Below are positions 12,401 through 25,746 of a stretch of DNA of 56,288 nt, piece by piece. The position numbers were made by a program, and so were the translations under genes. The stretch lies in assembly GCA_051294375.1 (NCBI GenBank), contig CM119268.1:19390203-19446490 (forward strand), in the 5' to 3' direction. Position 1 is the stretch's first letter; each line of letters opens with the position of its first letter. Under the pieces are notes generated by a model. It was not told where the DNA came from and made no database searches. It saw nothing but the letters and a program-made list of their open reading frames with translations. Source of the DNA: Paraspadella gotoi. Its lineage: Eukaryota; Animalia; Chaetognatha.

Positions 12401-14403
12401 TCCATCGAGGATCAGAGGAGCAATGAACAACTGACAAGGAATTCCATCAGAAAATGTCCTCTATCATCCTAGATGTTGACAAAAGAATCTTTATGTATAA
12501 AGAATTACTTGAAGAGGTTAGTTAGATTTTTATCATACTCCCCCAAAAAAAAAATCCCAATCAAACTCGGTAAATGTTCTTGGGCATACCTTTTCACCCC
12601 AGGGCTTCCTTTGATGTTTAACTTTTTACCAGAAACTGAATTTTTTTTGTTGTTTTCAACTGTGGACTTTATTGGATCATTGGTTCCCTTCTTTTTTTTT
12701 TTTGTGTTTCATGTCTGCAATCTATTTTTCCCGGGCAGGAGTCCCTGCAGGTGGCGAAAAATAAAGGAAAATCTCTGGCGGCAGCGGCAAAGAAATTAGC
12801 TTCCCTCGGTCACCGATTAAATGGAGGCGGGTGTAGGGGGAATGGACGAAATGACAAAAAGAATGCATTGTAAAATTAAAAATAAGGGAGGGCAGTGGGG
12901 AAACGGGCGTTTTGTATTTCTATCGTAGCGGGAAAATGACAATTTCATTCAAGGGGCCAAGCAATGCTGTCACTTAGAAAATAGATTTCCTGACATATTG
13001 CTTTACAATTCGCGAAAGGAGAGGAGTTAGCAATTAGCGTGAGCGCAAAAAAACTTCAGATCTATTGCGTGACTGTGCCACCTTACTGCCCCGAGTATGC
13101 AATTTTTTCAGCCGTCATCATTTCGGTTTATTTGTCAGTTATATCGGCATAATGAGTTAGTAAGCCAATTTCCTTCACTGCAATTCGCGTACTCGGCTAT
13201 AAGCCAACTTTCCGGCATGCTATCGGCGAGCGGCTCACCGGAAAACCACTCTCAGCGGGGATGCGGGCATTAATCACTATGGGGAGTCGGCGAGTCGTGG
13301 AACTTTATCTCTCTCAGATATTTCCGCTCTGATTTAAAGGGAAAACGGATTTCCACTCACGTTTTTTGGCGTCCCTTACCTATTATATGGGTTTATATGA
13401 TTCCAAGACTTTATTTTTTCACCTAGCAAAATAGGACGTCACTTCACAGTTCTAAGTGCTTAAAAAGCTTTTTATTCTTCTTGCAAAAGAATTTAGTAAA
13501 ACGAGCGAACGTTTTGCGATCACTTTTTTTGAACGCGGAAAAGTTTATTTGTAGAATTAAAAAAACGACGATATGACGTTAAAAGAGAAAGGAAGAGAAG
13601 ATAATAGGGAAAGGGGTAGTAATAAGAAAAGGGAGTAGAAAAAGAAAAGAGCTGACATTAAGGAGTATATAAAAAAAAGAAAATACCAAAAAAAGAAAAT
13701 AATATCTGAAGTAAAAAGACGAACACAAACAAGAAAAAACAGGGCTAACAGATTATTAAGTATTCGAGTGAGACGACATAAACTAAAAATGATAAAAAGC
13801 ATAGGTTTTATGATTGTAAGGAATGATTAAGAATAGCTAATGAAGAAAAAGGAAAGAAAGATCACACTAAAGTTATAAAACGCGTGATAGATACAGAAAA
13901 TAGAATACCAAATATAAAAAGAAGAATAAAGGAAAAAAAACTCGTTTTTTCGCGTCACCTTCGAAAATCTTTATCGGACTTTTCGAATGAATTATGGAGG
14001 ACGCAAGAGTCAAGAGTTCAACATTGACCCCTTTAGACCCAAGGCCGTTTCTCACCTCCTCACTCTTCCTTTCTCTAATAGTCACACGGTTCTCACCTAT
14101 TTCTCCTATCCTCATTACCTCATGTGTACTGGGACTCCTCGCCCTCTTTCTCGTCTTGCTCTCATCTCTCTCGCGCGGCCCCGCTCACTGCGTCTCTCTC
14201 TGCCCATTCTCCTCTCTCCTACCTCTCGACCTCTCTCTCCATGAACTGTCTCGTCTGTTCTCTCCCTTCTCTCAGTCTCTTCTTCTCGTATTCCGCCTTC
14301 TAATTACTCTCTCTCGTACCTCTACTCTACTCTCTCTCTCTCTCTCTCTCTCGGTTTCCTCTCTTCGCTCTTCTCTCTCCCTCTCTCTCCCTCTTCTTTC
14401 TGT

Positions 14404-14447
<44 letters not shown>

Positions 14448-14519
14448 TCTCTCTTCTCTCTCTCCCTACCCTCCTCTCCCTCGTTTTCTTTCTTTCTCTG
14501 CATCTCTCTCTCTCTCGCT

Positions 14520-14556
<37 letters not shown>

Positions 14557-14739
14557 GTCTCTCCCACGCCAGCGTAATCGCCGCCAAATATGGGGCAAGA
14601 GACACTGGTGCTTTGGCTCAGCTGCTGATTCAGGAATTGGAATCCATTCCGTCGTCGAGCGAGAATTCTGGTTGGTCAACACTCTCTTTCCCTTTTTTCT
14701 TAGTAGACTCTCGTCTCTCTCTCTCTCTCTTCTTCTCTG

Positions 14740-14772
<33 letters not shown>

Positions 14773-15734
14773 CTCTCTCTCCTCTCTCTCCTCCTCTTCC
14801 TCTCGTCTCTCTCTCTTCAATCCACGGCAATAAATCCACGACGGTCTGAACTGTCAGTCTATGACCGCAACAAACTCTGACCCTGCTAAGACTGAACCCT
14901 TTCTTTCTTCACCCTCATTCCCCTAACATCCCCAACCCTCTTAATGAACCTCAACCAGACCCATCCACCGCCTATTGACCCAATCAGAGCGTAACGATCG
15001 CAATCGTCTTGTTGTTGTGATCGTTCGTCGTCGTCGGTGTCGTCGTCGTCACTAGTTTGCCTTTTTCATTGTTGCATTCGTTGTTGTTGTTTTTTCTTCA
15101 TCAATTTTTTGCGGCCACTATTTAAGACGTCGAGGAGACTTTCCTTTCATTTCTTTCTTTTGTGTTTCTTTCTTCAACTCCTTACGCCACTTTCTCTCTA
15201 TTTTCTGCTCTCCTCTCTCTCCTCTCTCTCTCTTCGCTCTCTCTCTCTCTCTCTCTAATCTCTCTCTCCTCTCTCTCTCTCTCCTCTCTCTCTCTAATCA
15301 TCTCTCTCTTTCTTCTTTCACTTCTCTCATCATCTTTTTTTTTTAGCCTAAGTCCTAAATTACTCATTCACCACAAATGTTAAGACAGGTTGCCAGTAAT
15401 CATGACTAAACGGATTTTAGAACAGGAAATAAAAACAAATGAATACATTTTTTAACTCAAGAAAACTCTAAACGCCGCCCTAAAAAAGAACCAGGCAAAA
15501 TGATTTCGAGATTTTCGATGTCAGATATTTCTAGCGTGAGGGAAAACAATTTCACTGGATGAGTCGATGACGACGACGAACACGGACGACGACGTGAATA
15601 TGTGTCCACGCGCCGGATGTGTAGAAGAGTGGAAGACGTGAATCTGTCAAATCTTTAACGTCTGTGGGGTTGTGTGAAGAGAGACGAAAAAGAGAGAGAA
15701 GACGAGGAGACGGAGATGAGAGAGAGAGATGGAG

Positions 15735-15766
<32 letters not shown>

Positions 15767-16754
15767 TGAGAGAATGAAGAAGAGAGAGAAAAGAATAGAG
15801 GAGAAGAGATGAGGAGAGAAAAAAGAGAGAAGAAGAAGAGTGGAGAGTTTNNNNNNNNNNNNNNNNNNNNNNNNNCTCTCTCTCACACACACACAGAGTT
15901 AAAGATTGACAGATTCACGTTTCACTCTTCTACACATCCGGCGCGTGACACATATTCACGGTCGTCGTCGTTGTCGTCGTCGTCATCGACTCATCCAGTG
16001 AAATTGTTTTCCCTCACGTAAAATATCTTGACATCGAAATCTCGAAAATCATTCCTGGTTTTTTTTAGGGCGGGTTGAGTTTTCTTGAGTAAAAAATGTA
16101 TTCATTTGTTTTATTTCCTGTTCTAAAATCCGTTTAGTCAAATGATTACTGGCAACTGGTCAACATTTGTGGTGAATGAGTAATTTAGGGGACTTAGGCT
16201 AAAAAAAAANNNNNNNNNNNNNNNNNNNNNNNNNNNNNNNNNNNNNNNNNNNNNNNNNNNNNNNNNNNNNNNNNNNNNNNNNNNNNNNNNNNNNNNNNNN
16301 NNNNNNNNNNNNNNNNNNNNNNNNNNNNNNNNNNNNNNNNNNNNNNNNNNNNNNNNNNNNNNNNNNNNNNNNNNNNNNNNNNNNNNNNNGTCTTTCCTCG
16401 ACGTCTTAAAAAATTGGCCGCAAAAAAAATTGATGAGAAAAACAACAACAACGAATGCAACAATGAAAAAGCAAAACAGTGACGACGACGACAACGACGA
16501 CGACGACGATCACAACAACAAGACGATTTGCGACTCGACGCTCGATTGGGTCAAAGGCGGTGGATGGGTCCTGGGTTGAGGTCATTAAGAGGGTTGGGGA
16601 TGTTAGGGATGAGGGGTGAAGAAAGAAAGGGGTCAGTCTTGGCAGGGTCAGAAGGTTTGTTGCGGTCAAGACTGACAGTCACGACCGTCGCTGGATTTTT
16701 GCGTGGTGGATTTGAGAGAGAGAGAGAGAGGAAGAGGGAGAGAGCAGAGAGGAC

Positions 16755-16801
<47 letters not shown>

Positions 16802-16992
16802 GAGAGAGAGAGAGAGAGGATAGAGAGAGAGAGAGTTATAAAGAAAAGGGAAAGAGAGTGTTGACCACCAGAATCTCGCTCGACGACGGAATGGATTCCA
16901 ATTCCTGAATCCAGCAGCCATAAGCCAAGCACCATGTCTCTTGCCCATATTTGGCGGCGATTACGGCTGGCGAGGGAGAGAGCAGAGAGAGA

Positions 16993-17038
<46 letters not shown>

Positions 17039-17069
17039 TGAGAGAAAGGAAAAAGAAAGAAGAGAGAGG

Positions 17070-17117
<48 letters not shown>

Positions 17118-17166
17118 GAGAGAGAAGAGAAAAGAAAGAAGGGAGAGAGAGGGAGAGAGAGATGAG

Positions 17167-17209
<43 letters not shown>

Positions 17210-17238
17210 GCAGAGAGTAGAGAGAGGGAAAGAAGGGA

Positions 17239-17271
<33 letters not shown>

Positions 17272-20200
17272 GGAGAGAGAGGGACGAGAGATGAGAGAGA
17301 GAGAGAGCAGAGAGAGAGAGAGAGAGAGAGAGAAGAGGACGAGGAGTCCCGTAAAATGGAGGAAGAGGAAGGAGGAAAAGGGAGAAGAGGAGAAAGGAAG
17401 AGGAGGAGGTGAGAAAGGCCTTGGGGTCAAGGGTCAAATGTGACTCCTTGACTCTGCGTCTCATAATTCATCGAAAATCCGATAAAGATTTTCGAAGGTG
17501 ACGAAAAAAAACGAGTTTTTTTTTCCTTTTCTTCTTTTTTTTGGTATTTTTTTTATCAGCGTTTTAAACTTTAGTTTCTTCTTTCCCTTTTCTCTTTGCT
17601 TTCTTAAATTCTTACATCATAAACTGCTTTTTTATCATTTTTAGTTCTTTTACGAATATTCATTCTGTGCGCCTTTGTTTTTTTGGTTTTGTTTTGTTTT
17701 TTTGTATTTCTTTTTTTGTATTTCTTTTTTTTATAACTCCTTAATGTCAGTCCTTTTCTTTTTCTACTTCCCTTTTCTATTCTACCCCCTTTCCCTATTA
17801 CTCTTTCTCTTCCCCCTTTCTCTTTTCAACGTCATATCGTCGTTTTAATTCTACAAAAAAACTTTTCCCGCGTCAAAAAAAGTGACGCAAAACGTCCGCT
17901 CGTTTTACTAAAATTCTTTTGAAGAAGAAAAAAAAAGCTTTTAAGCTTAGAATGTGAAGTGACGTCTATTTTGAGGTGAAAAAAAAAGTCTTGGAATCAT
18001 AAAACCCATAAATAGGAAGGAACGCCAAAAACGTGGAAATCCGTTTTCCCTTTAAATCGAGCGGAAATATCTCGAGAGAGATAAAGTTCCACGACTCGCC
18101 GACTCCCCCAAGTGATAAATGCCGCATCCCCCGCTGAGAGTGGTTTTCCGGTGAGCGCTCGCCGATAGCATGGCCGGAAGTTGGCTTACTAGCCGAGTAC
18201 GCGAATTGCAGTGAAGGAAATTGGCTTACTAACTCATTATGCCGATATAACTGACAAATAAACCGAAATATGACGGCTGAAAAAATTGCATACTCGGGGC
18301 AGTAAGGTGCACAGTACACGCCAATAGATCTGAGTTTTTTGGCGCTCACGCTAATTGCTAATTCTACTTTCGCGAATTGTAAGCAATGTCAGGAATCTAT
18401 TTCTAAGCTGACAGCATTGCGGGCCCCTTGAATGAAATTGTCATTTTCCGCTAACTGATAGAATACAAAACGCCCGTTTCCCCACTGCCCTCCCTTATTT
18501 TTAATGTTTACAATCATTCCTTTTTGTCATTTCGTCACTTCCCCCTACATCCCGCCTCCATTTAATCGGTGACCCGCAGGGGAAGCTAATTTCTTTGCCG
18601 CTGCCCAGAGATTTTCCTTATTTTTCCACCTGCAGGGACTCCTGCCCGGGAAAAATAGATTGCAGGAGGAGCCCTGGGGTGAAAGAGTATGCCAAAGAAC
18701 CATTACGAGTTTGATGGGATTTTTTTTTTGGGGGGGAGTATGATAAAATCTAACTAACCTCTCAAGTATTCTTTATACATAAAGATTCTTTTGTCAACAT
18801 CCTTCGGATGATAGAGGACATTTCCTGATGGAATTCCTTGTCAGTTGTCATTGCCTCCTCTGATCCTCGATGGAAATCGACAAATGGGATTTCCCTTTAG
18901 AGGGGAAGTCCTTGTGGAAAAGATGAGGCGGAGAATGAATGCGGAAATAGAGAAATCAGAATTCCCGCTGAGATTTTTACGCCTCACGACATTTGATTCC
19001 CAGAAGCTGAAATTTATGCTTTACACAATTTTGAAAATAAAGGTTAATAAAGTTAGCGGAGATTTTAAAATGGGTTTGCCGCTGGGCTGTGCCGATATGT
19101 TTGTATAATTGTATTTTTATTTATCTATCTATCTATTTATCTATCTCTACGTATCCTTTTTTGACATTCTCTCTTTCAATCCCAGTTCTGAATATTTCGA
19201 TCAAGCACCCCAAGCTTTAATCGATTTTACCTCGAAATAACTCTCGCGCCACCTCACCCTTTCTAGTCTCCTTCCTTTTTCCGTTCAAAATCATATTTCT
19301 TCGCCTTCATCTCCTTTCCCCCTTTTAGATCAGACCAAAAACCTCTTTTTTAAACGCCGCCGTCGCCTCTGCTGCTGCCGCTGCCGCCGACCCCAACTCT
19401 GCCCGCGAGGTCATCATCGCCGATGCCGTAATCGTCACCAACTCCCTCACGTGCACCAGCGCGGCTCCGACTGAGAGACGAAAACAACTGTGATTTAATT
19501 CAACTCGTCTTTCGTATCTGACAATCTCTACGATCGATCTTCAAGCCATCAGCAAAATGCAACGTCAAATGCCACCAATGGCGGCCAAAACACCTTCAAA
19601 GCTTTACACATTGATTCCACCCCCTTCTCTTCCGTCGTGAAGGCCACCTCCTCCTCCTCCTCCGATGCTTCCCTGCTTCAGTCGCCGCTTCCGCCGCTGC
19701 CTCCGCTCTGTCGCAGCCGGCGCAGCCCCACGCCTGGGATTTCCGTGATGAAATGATGATTCATAAATCCGCGTCCCTTAAACGCTGACGGAACCGGAAA
19801 AAGACGCCAGAGGGCGCGACTTTGGTTTTGGAAAGGGGCGTGTCGAAAACTGTGGTGGAGAACGTTGCGGAGGACCTGGCGGGGTGGCGGAGCGCTTCTC
19901 AACCATTTTAATTCGTAAAAGAGTGAAGAGAAAGTTTTTTGTAAAATTGGTGAAGATTGTTGATTAAAAGTAGAACTACAGGTACAGGGACTTCCAACTG
20001 GAGTGATACGAAAAATTATTAAATTATTAAATTATTATTATTAAATTATTATTAAATTATTAAAGATTATTAAATTTTTTCATACTAATGTATATTCAGG
20101 CGGGCAAAAATTGAACACCTTTTATAACTTCTAGTTCTCTCAAATTTTTTTTTCTTTCTACTACTAAATCGATTTTCAATGCAACTTTTTGAATTAGTTC

Positions 20201-20377
20201 ATTGGGTTGTTGCACTGAAGCTTTTAAATATTTATTAATATATAACAAATGACAAAAAAAGTTTAAGTTTTATTTTTTAAGAACATATTCCTATAGAGCT
20301 TGAAAAGTTAAATGAAAGTTAGTACTACAATTTTGTCAAAATTTGACAATAAATTGGTTAAAAATAGAAAAAATCCT

Positions 20378-21004
20378 AAACAAGTTTGAGCAAACAATGC
20401 CGGATCTGCCCACGATCATTAGCGGTAAGAAGCTCATCAGAAAATTAATTAATTAATTATTTAATTCATATTAATTTTTTTTTATTCGTGTCAAAATCGT
20501 ATTTCACTTTGTCCCGCCTCTCAATTACTAAACAACAATCTCGATCACAAAATTAATTTATTAATTAATTAATTACAAATAAGCTTGAATTTACATTTAA
20601 TATAAAAATAAAAAAGCATAATCAAAATGTGAAATAGATTATTTGTTTTTTTCCATTTTTAATTTTTTCCACTTGGACGATTCCAACGAAACTTTATTTC
20701 CTGCTCAATCACACACTTTCCTACTCATACACAAAATTTCAGTCCAATCCATTCATCAAATTCACTCATGAGTACTTGGTGTTTTTTGCTAAGGTGGGAC
20801 GGACGGACAGACAGATGGACATACATACAGTCAGACGGACAGACAAACAGACAGATGGACGGACATAATTTTTTTGTATAATTTATCATAATTAGATGTT
20901 CTGACATGATATAAGTGAATGCCCGACAAGATTGGGGGCGGTCCGACGGACCGACAAAGTGAATTATAGAGCCAGAATCTGCTGTAAGCAGATCCGGCTA
21001 AAAA
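20378..21004 (-). mobile_element. HINE-like element (mirror copy at ~10240-10872 on the + strand)
   Basis: Same termini and (GGAC/AGAC)n tract. Confidence 0.7.
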
Positions 21005-21507
21005 TCATCATCATCATTGGCTGAATTTTATAGTTTTTTAAAATTTTTATTAATAAAACAAAAAACTTGTAAAAAGTTGTAATAATAAGCTTTATCTAAT
21101 TTTTAAAGAATCTATTAAAAAAATTTGAAAAATTCAAAAAAAATTTTAAACTTTATTAAAAAAATTCCTTTATTAGGTGGGTCAAAAATTAGAAAAAGCT
21201 ATATTTTAAGCTGAAAATTAACTTTTTATATATTAAATATAGTTTTTTTAATTTTTAACCCACTTAATGAAAGAAATTATAAAAATGATTTATATTTTCT
21301 TTTATCAACTTTTGACGAAGAATTCAAATCTGCAATCAAAATTAAGAAAAGCCTATTTTGAAAATTTTCGATACTATAAGGATAGTATTATATATAAATA
21401 TAGCCTACTGCGAAAATTAAAAAACAAAATTAATTTTTTTTACAAATTAATGTTCACTGATGGTATGTGGTTCATAATTAACTTTTAGAATTTTTGTATG
21501 TAATTTT

Positions 21508-21911
21508 CACTACGCCTTACTGGTGAGCCCATCATGTCGAGCGTATTCCAACCTTCTGATTCCAGGCCCATGGACATGCCGAAGATTGCTCCCCTCCCTC
21601 CACTGGACGCAGTATTTGGAGGGCTTGTAGTTAGGGATTGCGTAGGTTCACCCCGTCTATAAGCTTTACACTTTCAGTTGTGACCCGGTGGCTCATTGAG
21701 TAAAGCCATCAGCTTAAAACCACTAGGTACCGGGTTCAAGCCCAACCCGGTACCTGCCCTGCGGGAAGCGTGAGGATGGCCGTAAGCTGCCTTGGGGGTG
21801 TGGCAAACCCTCAAGCCTGGTTCCAAGCCCAGGACCCGTTCCATGGCTGCAAGAGTGGCTTATAGAAGTTATAGAAGTTACATCTTCAGCCCACTTAGGG
21901 CCTTATTCACA
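21508..21911 (+). mobile_element. Family A element, one monomer (mirror copy at ~9322-9725 on the minus strand)
   Basis: Colinear with the 406-bp unit. The tRNA-like head at ~21682-21753 (B box GGTTCAAGCCC) is followed by the twister. Confidence 0.8.
21761..21839 (+). ncRNA. Twister ribozyme, P5-type permutation (family A); predicted cleavage U21783|A21784
   Basis: GCGGG(P5) AA GCGU(P2') GA GGAU(T1') GGCC G UAA GCU(P2) GC(T2) CUUGGGGGU..ACCCUCAAG(P3) CCUGG UUCC AA GC CCAGG(P4/L4) A CCCGU(P5'). This matches the twister core UAA / GA / YYCC-AA-GC. Confidence 0.85.
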
Positions 21912-22252
21912 TATATGTCAATATCTTGTAAGAGTGATATCACTCCAGTAAAAAGGAGAGAATGAAGAAATGCGTTTAAGAATCGGGTTGACGAATGATG
22001 ATGATTATGATGATGAAGTTGAAGATGATCATGATGAGGATGATGATGATAATGATTATAATGATGAAGATGATGATTGTGATGATGATGATGATGAAGA
22101 AGTTGAAGATGATGATGATGTTAATGATGATGATAATGATGAAGATGATAATGATTAGGATGATGAAGAGGATGATGATGAAGTTGAAGATGATGATCAT
22201 GATGACGACGATGATGATGATGATGATTATGATGATGATGAATATGATGATT

Positions 22253-22287
<35 letters not shown>

Positions 22288-23620
22288 GATTATGATGTTA
22301 AAGATGATGATGATGATTATGATTTTGATGATGATGATGAATTAGAAGATGATCATGATGATCATGATGACGACGACGATGACGAGACGGCGTCTTCTTG
22401 GGGTGAAGGGTCCAACTCATGAGCCAAACGAGGCTGACGCCGACATTCCCCTCTTTATCTTTATATTCTATTTCTTCTTCTTCTTCTTCTTCTTCTTCTT
22501 CTTCTTCTTCTCTTCTTCTTCTTCTCTTCTTCTTCTTCTTCTTCTTCTTCTTCTTCTTCTTCTTCTTCGTTTTATCTTTTGGAGGCCGCGACCGAAACGA
22601 GAAAAGAGTGAAAGAGCGGAAAGGGGGATCTTGAGGGGGGGGGCTGAGATATGCCGTCGAAGGGGGCGGGGGATTGGAGGCAGAAAGACGATCGAGGAAA
22701 CGAAGGTTGATGATGGGAATGAAAAAGGTCTGATATGATTAGAGTGCAAGGTGTGATATGATTAGTGTGCAAGGTCTGATATGATTAGTTTGAATATTTT
22801 AACGTTAGCTATGGTTCGGGATCAAATCAATGCTTGAGTATTAAACCGCGGTTTTTCAAAAGGGTTTTTTTCGAGAGGCACGAAGTAAATGGGGGAACAA
22901 AATGTTCTCATCGATGTATACAAATACAATGACGATGAAAGTTAAATTGGTAAAGGTAAATCTGTCAAGATTAATATTATTATTATTTTTTTACTGGCTT
23001 AGAATTTTTGGTGAGTTTCATTAAAATGTATGTACTGGAACAACCTTGTAATGTTGGATTAAAAAAAAATGCTCATACGGATTCAATAACTGGATGTTAT
23101 TGATTTCGCCCTTTATAAATTAGAATCAAAACTTTGTCTGCTATAGTTAAGGGCGAGAATTCTAGATTTATAATTTTGGGAACCTAGTGAAATTTGAATA
23201 TTTTAATATTTCGGATTTTAAAAAAATTAAAAAGAAAAGCGTCGACATATCATGAAAAAAATATGATTTAGGGTAAAATTCAACTCTGAGCAAAAAAACT
23301 TAGGTTGTTTCTGGAGTATGTATAAATTCATTCGCTCTTTTTTTTTTCCTTTTTGTCTTAGTCAAGTTTTTTTTTCTTTCTTTAACCGCTAGGGTCGCAT
23401 CGTTTCTAGTCTCCTCCCCTCCAATGCCCCCCCCCACAAGAAAAAAAAGTCAGTAGCGCAAATTTGATGGATGGACGGACGAAGACGATGGAAGCAACAT
23501 CCATTTTTTCCACTTTTTTTCATTTTTTTCCTCTTCATGTGTTTTTCCTTTTCAGTTCTTTTTTTTTCTTTGCTTTTTTTTTCTCTCTCGTTTCCTTTAT
23601 TATTTCGTTCCATCTTTCAG

Positions 23621-23672
23621 CTTCGTTACTTTTCTTGTACAAGAAATTCTATGGGTCGTTTCACCGTGACAC
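23621..23672 (+). CDS. Candidate short exon, phase-compatible with a candidate terminal exon at ~24416-24530
   Basis: TTTCAG acceptor and GTGAGT donor. The joined frame reads SLLFLYKKFYGSFHRDT-IPTFTDSLTVFHFHWTRASHLHSIPKQMSSTYERLKS*. No homology was recognised. Confidence 0.3.
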
Positions 23673-25261
23673 GTGAGTGAGGATTGGACTTCGTGAGACG
23701 CGATTGCGATCCGTAGATTGGGATATCATCATGAAGCCAATTTCTAACTCTGATGGTTTCACGTTCACGTACATGTATATAGAAAAACAAACTAGCGAAA
23801 AAAAACAAACAAACAAACATTGAGCGTCCTCCTCAGCGTAGCTTCAGTCGCGGCGGCTGCCGCGGCTGTCGCGGCTGACTTACGAACTCGCGTCGTCGTT
23901 AACGAGTGATTAATGAAAAAAATCACGACCTCAATGTGGCCCTAATACGCCCCGAGTATGCGAGAACCCTTCCCTAAATGAAAACTCATAGTATGAATGT
24001 GACGATAAGGCAAAAGAGTGTGCGATAGTTCCTAGAATATGCAACAACACCACCTCAAATATGAAACAACCTCACCTCAAATGTGCACTTCTCGCATAAA
24101 AAAAATGTATATAACCGTCGCGAAATCTTGCGGCAAAAAAAATTGAATAAATAAATAAATAACGATGATGGGGAACAAATGGAGAGGGGAAAAGCAAGAG
24201 AGGGAATGAAGGGAAAAGAATAATAAGAAGGTTGAAGAAAATTAGGAATGGATTAAATGTGAGTTTTTAATAGATTGATATCGACAATTTCTCAAACACA
24301 AAATTAAAATTTAAAATCAATATTGTTGGATTAGAAAGAAAATAAAAGAATTAAAAATAAAAAAAATTTAAAAGGGTTTCTTCATCCTTGACATGATTCA
24401 CCCTTCGTCTCACAGAATCCCAACGTTCACTGATTCGTTGACCGTCTTTCACTTTCACTGGACGCGCGCCTCACATCTGCACTCGATTCCAAAGCAGATG
24501 TCATCGACGTACGAGAGGCTCAAGTCTTGAAGAAACAAGACTCTCTCTCTTTCTCTATTTCTTGTGATCCCCTCCAAATTGTTTCTCACATCTCACCCGC
24601 GAATTCAAGCGCGCTTTTCAGACGACTTATAATTTTAATTTTTGTTGATTTTAATTTTATTCCGTTTTTTGTTCGTTTAAAAATTTTTAGTCGGATCTGC
24701 TGATCAGCAGATTCCGAATCTGTAATCCACTTTGTCGGTCCGTCGGTCCCACCCCAAAAGTTAGTCGCTAAATAATTTTTATCATATCAGAACATCAAAT
24801 TATGATAAATTAAGCACAAAACACGATGACCGTCCGTCCATCTGTCTGTCTGTCCGACCGTCCAAAGTTACTCGTGATTTGATGGATGGATTGGAATGAA
24901 ATTTTGTGTGTGGGTAGGAAAGTGTGTGATTGAGGTGGATATCAAGTTTCGACGGAATCGTGCGAGTGGAAATGAGTTTAAATGGAAAAAACGAAAAAAT
25001 CTACTCCGTGTCCGTTCGCGAGTGACACCAAAAAAATCTTTACTATACGTTAAATATTTAATAAATATAATTCATAAGTATATCATTATTTGGAGAATTA
25101 CTGGACGTTTTTTACATATAAGTTTCATTTCGTGTTTAATTCATATTTATATTTTATTCACTATTATATATTTAAATTTTTTATCGAACATGTGGATAAG
25201 GCCCTAAGTGGGCAGAAGATGACTATCCATAACATCTATAACCCCCTCTAGCAGACATGGA

Positions 25262-25340
25262 ACGGGTCCTGGGCTTGGAACCAGGCTTGAGGGTTTGCCA
25301 TGTCCCCAAGGCGGCTTACGGCCGTCCTCACTCTTCCCAC
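25262..25340 (-). ncRNA. Twister ribozyme (family A, tandem copy 1); predicted cleavage 25318|25317
   Basis: The reverse complement reads GUGGGAAGAGU GA GGAC GGCC G UAA GCC GC CUUGGGG..CCCUCAAG CCUGG UUCC AA GC CCAGG A CCCGU. Confidence 0.85.
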
Positions 25341-25667
25341 AGGGTAGGTACCGGGTTGGGATTGAACCCGGTACCTAGTGGTCATGAGCTGATGGCTTTA
25401 CTTAATGAGCCACCGGGTCACAACTGAAAGAGTCATGCTTATAGGCGGGGGTGAACCTAGGCAATGCCCGACGACATGCCCCCAGATTGTAACCCACCCT
25501 GCACTGCTTCCAGTGGAGGGAGGGGAGCAATCTTCGTCACATCCATGGGCCTGGAATCAGAAGGTTGGAATACGTTCAACAGGATGGGCTCACCAGCGTG
25601 GATAAGGCGCTAAGTGGGCAGAAGATGACTATCTGTAACTTCTATAACCCCCTCTAGCTGACATGGA

Positions 25668-25746
25668 ACGGGTCCTGGGCTTGGAACCAGGCTTGAGGGT
25701 TTGCCATGACCCCCAGGCGGCCTACGGCCGTCCTCACACTTCCCGC
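25668..25746 (-). ncRNA. Twister ribozyme (family A, tandem copy 2; UAG instead of UAA at the cleavage loop)
   Basis: Same fold, 406 bp from copy 1. One core substitution may reduce activity. Confidence 0.75.

Larger units (their letters stand above)
8600..22645. repeat. ~14-kb inverted duplication (arms ~8600-15850 and ~15876-22645) centred on a 25-N gap
   Basis: The arms are colinear reverse complements along their length and differ mostly by 1-nt indels. Confidence 0.95.

Noticed and set aside
13994-17464. Long ORFs of SLSL/ERER type (also near 366, 1288, 4928, 46285 and 48049)
   Set aside because: They are translations of (CT)n/(GA)n and other microsatellites that lack stop codons, not genes.
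25192-25215. Pistol-like AAGGCCCUAAG motif
   Set aside because: No matching P1 loop pseudoknot or downstream P2/P3 arrangement.
25347-25419. tRNA-Met(CAT)-like gene on the minus strand (and tRNA-like heads at ~21682, ~40500 and ~43812)
   Set aside because: The anticodon stem does not pair, the anticodon differs between copies (CAT vs TAA), and each is embedded in a repeat. They are treated as Pol III promoter heads, not tRNAs.
25540-25605. Hammerhead-like CUGGUGA on the minus strand (and UUGGUGA at ~40684)
   Set aside because: The core deviates from CUGANGA, and no convincing GAAA, stem II or stem III could be built. Kept only as a shared end motif.
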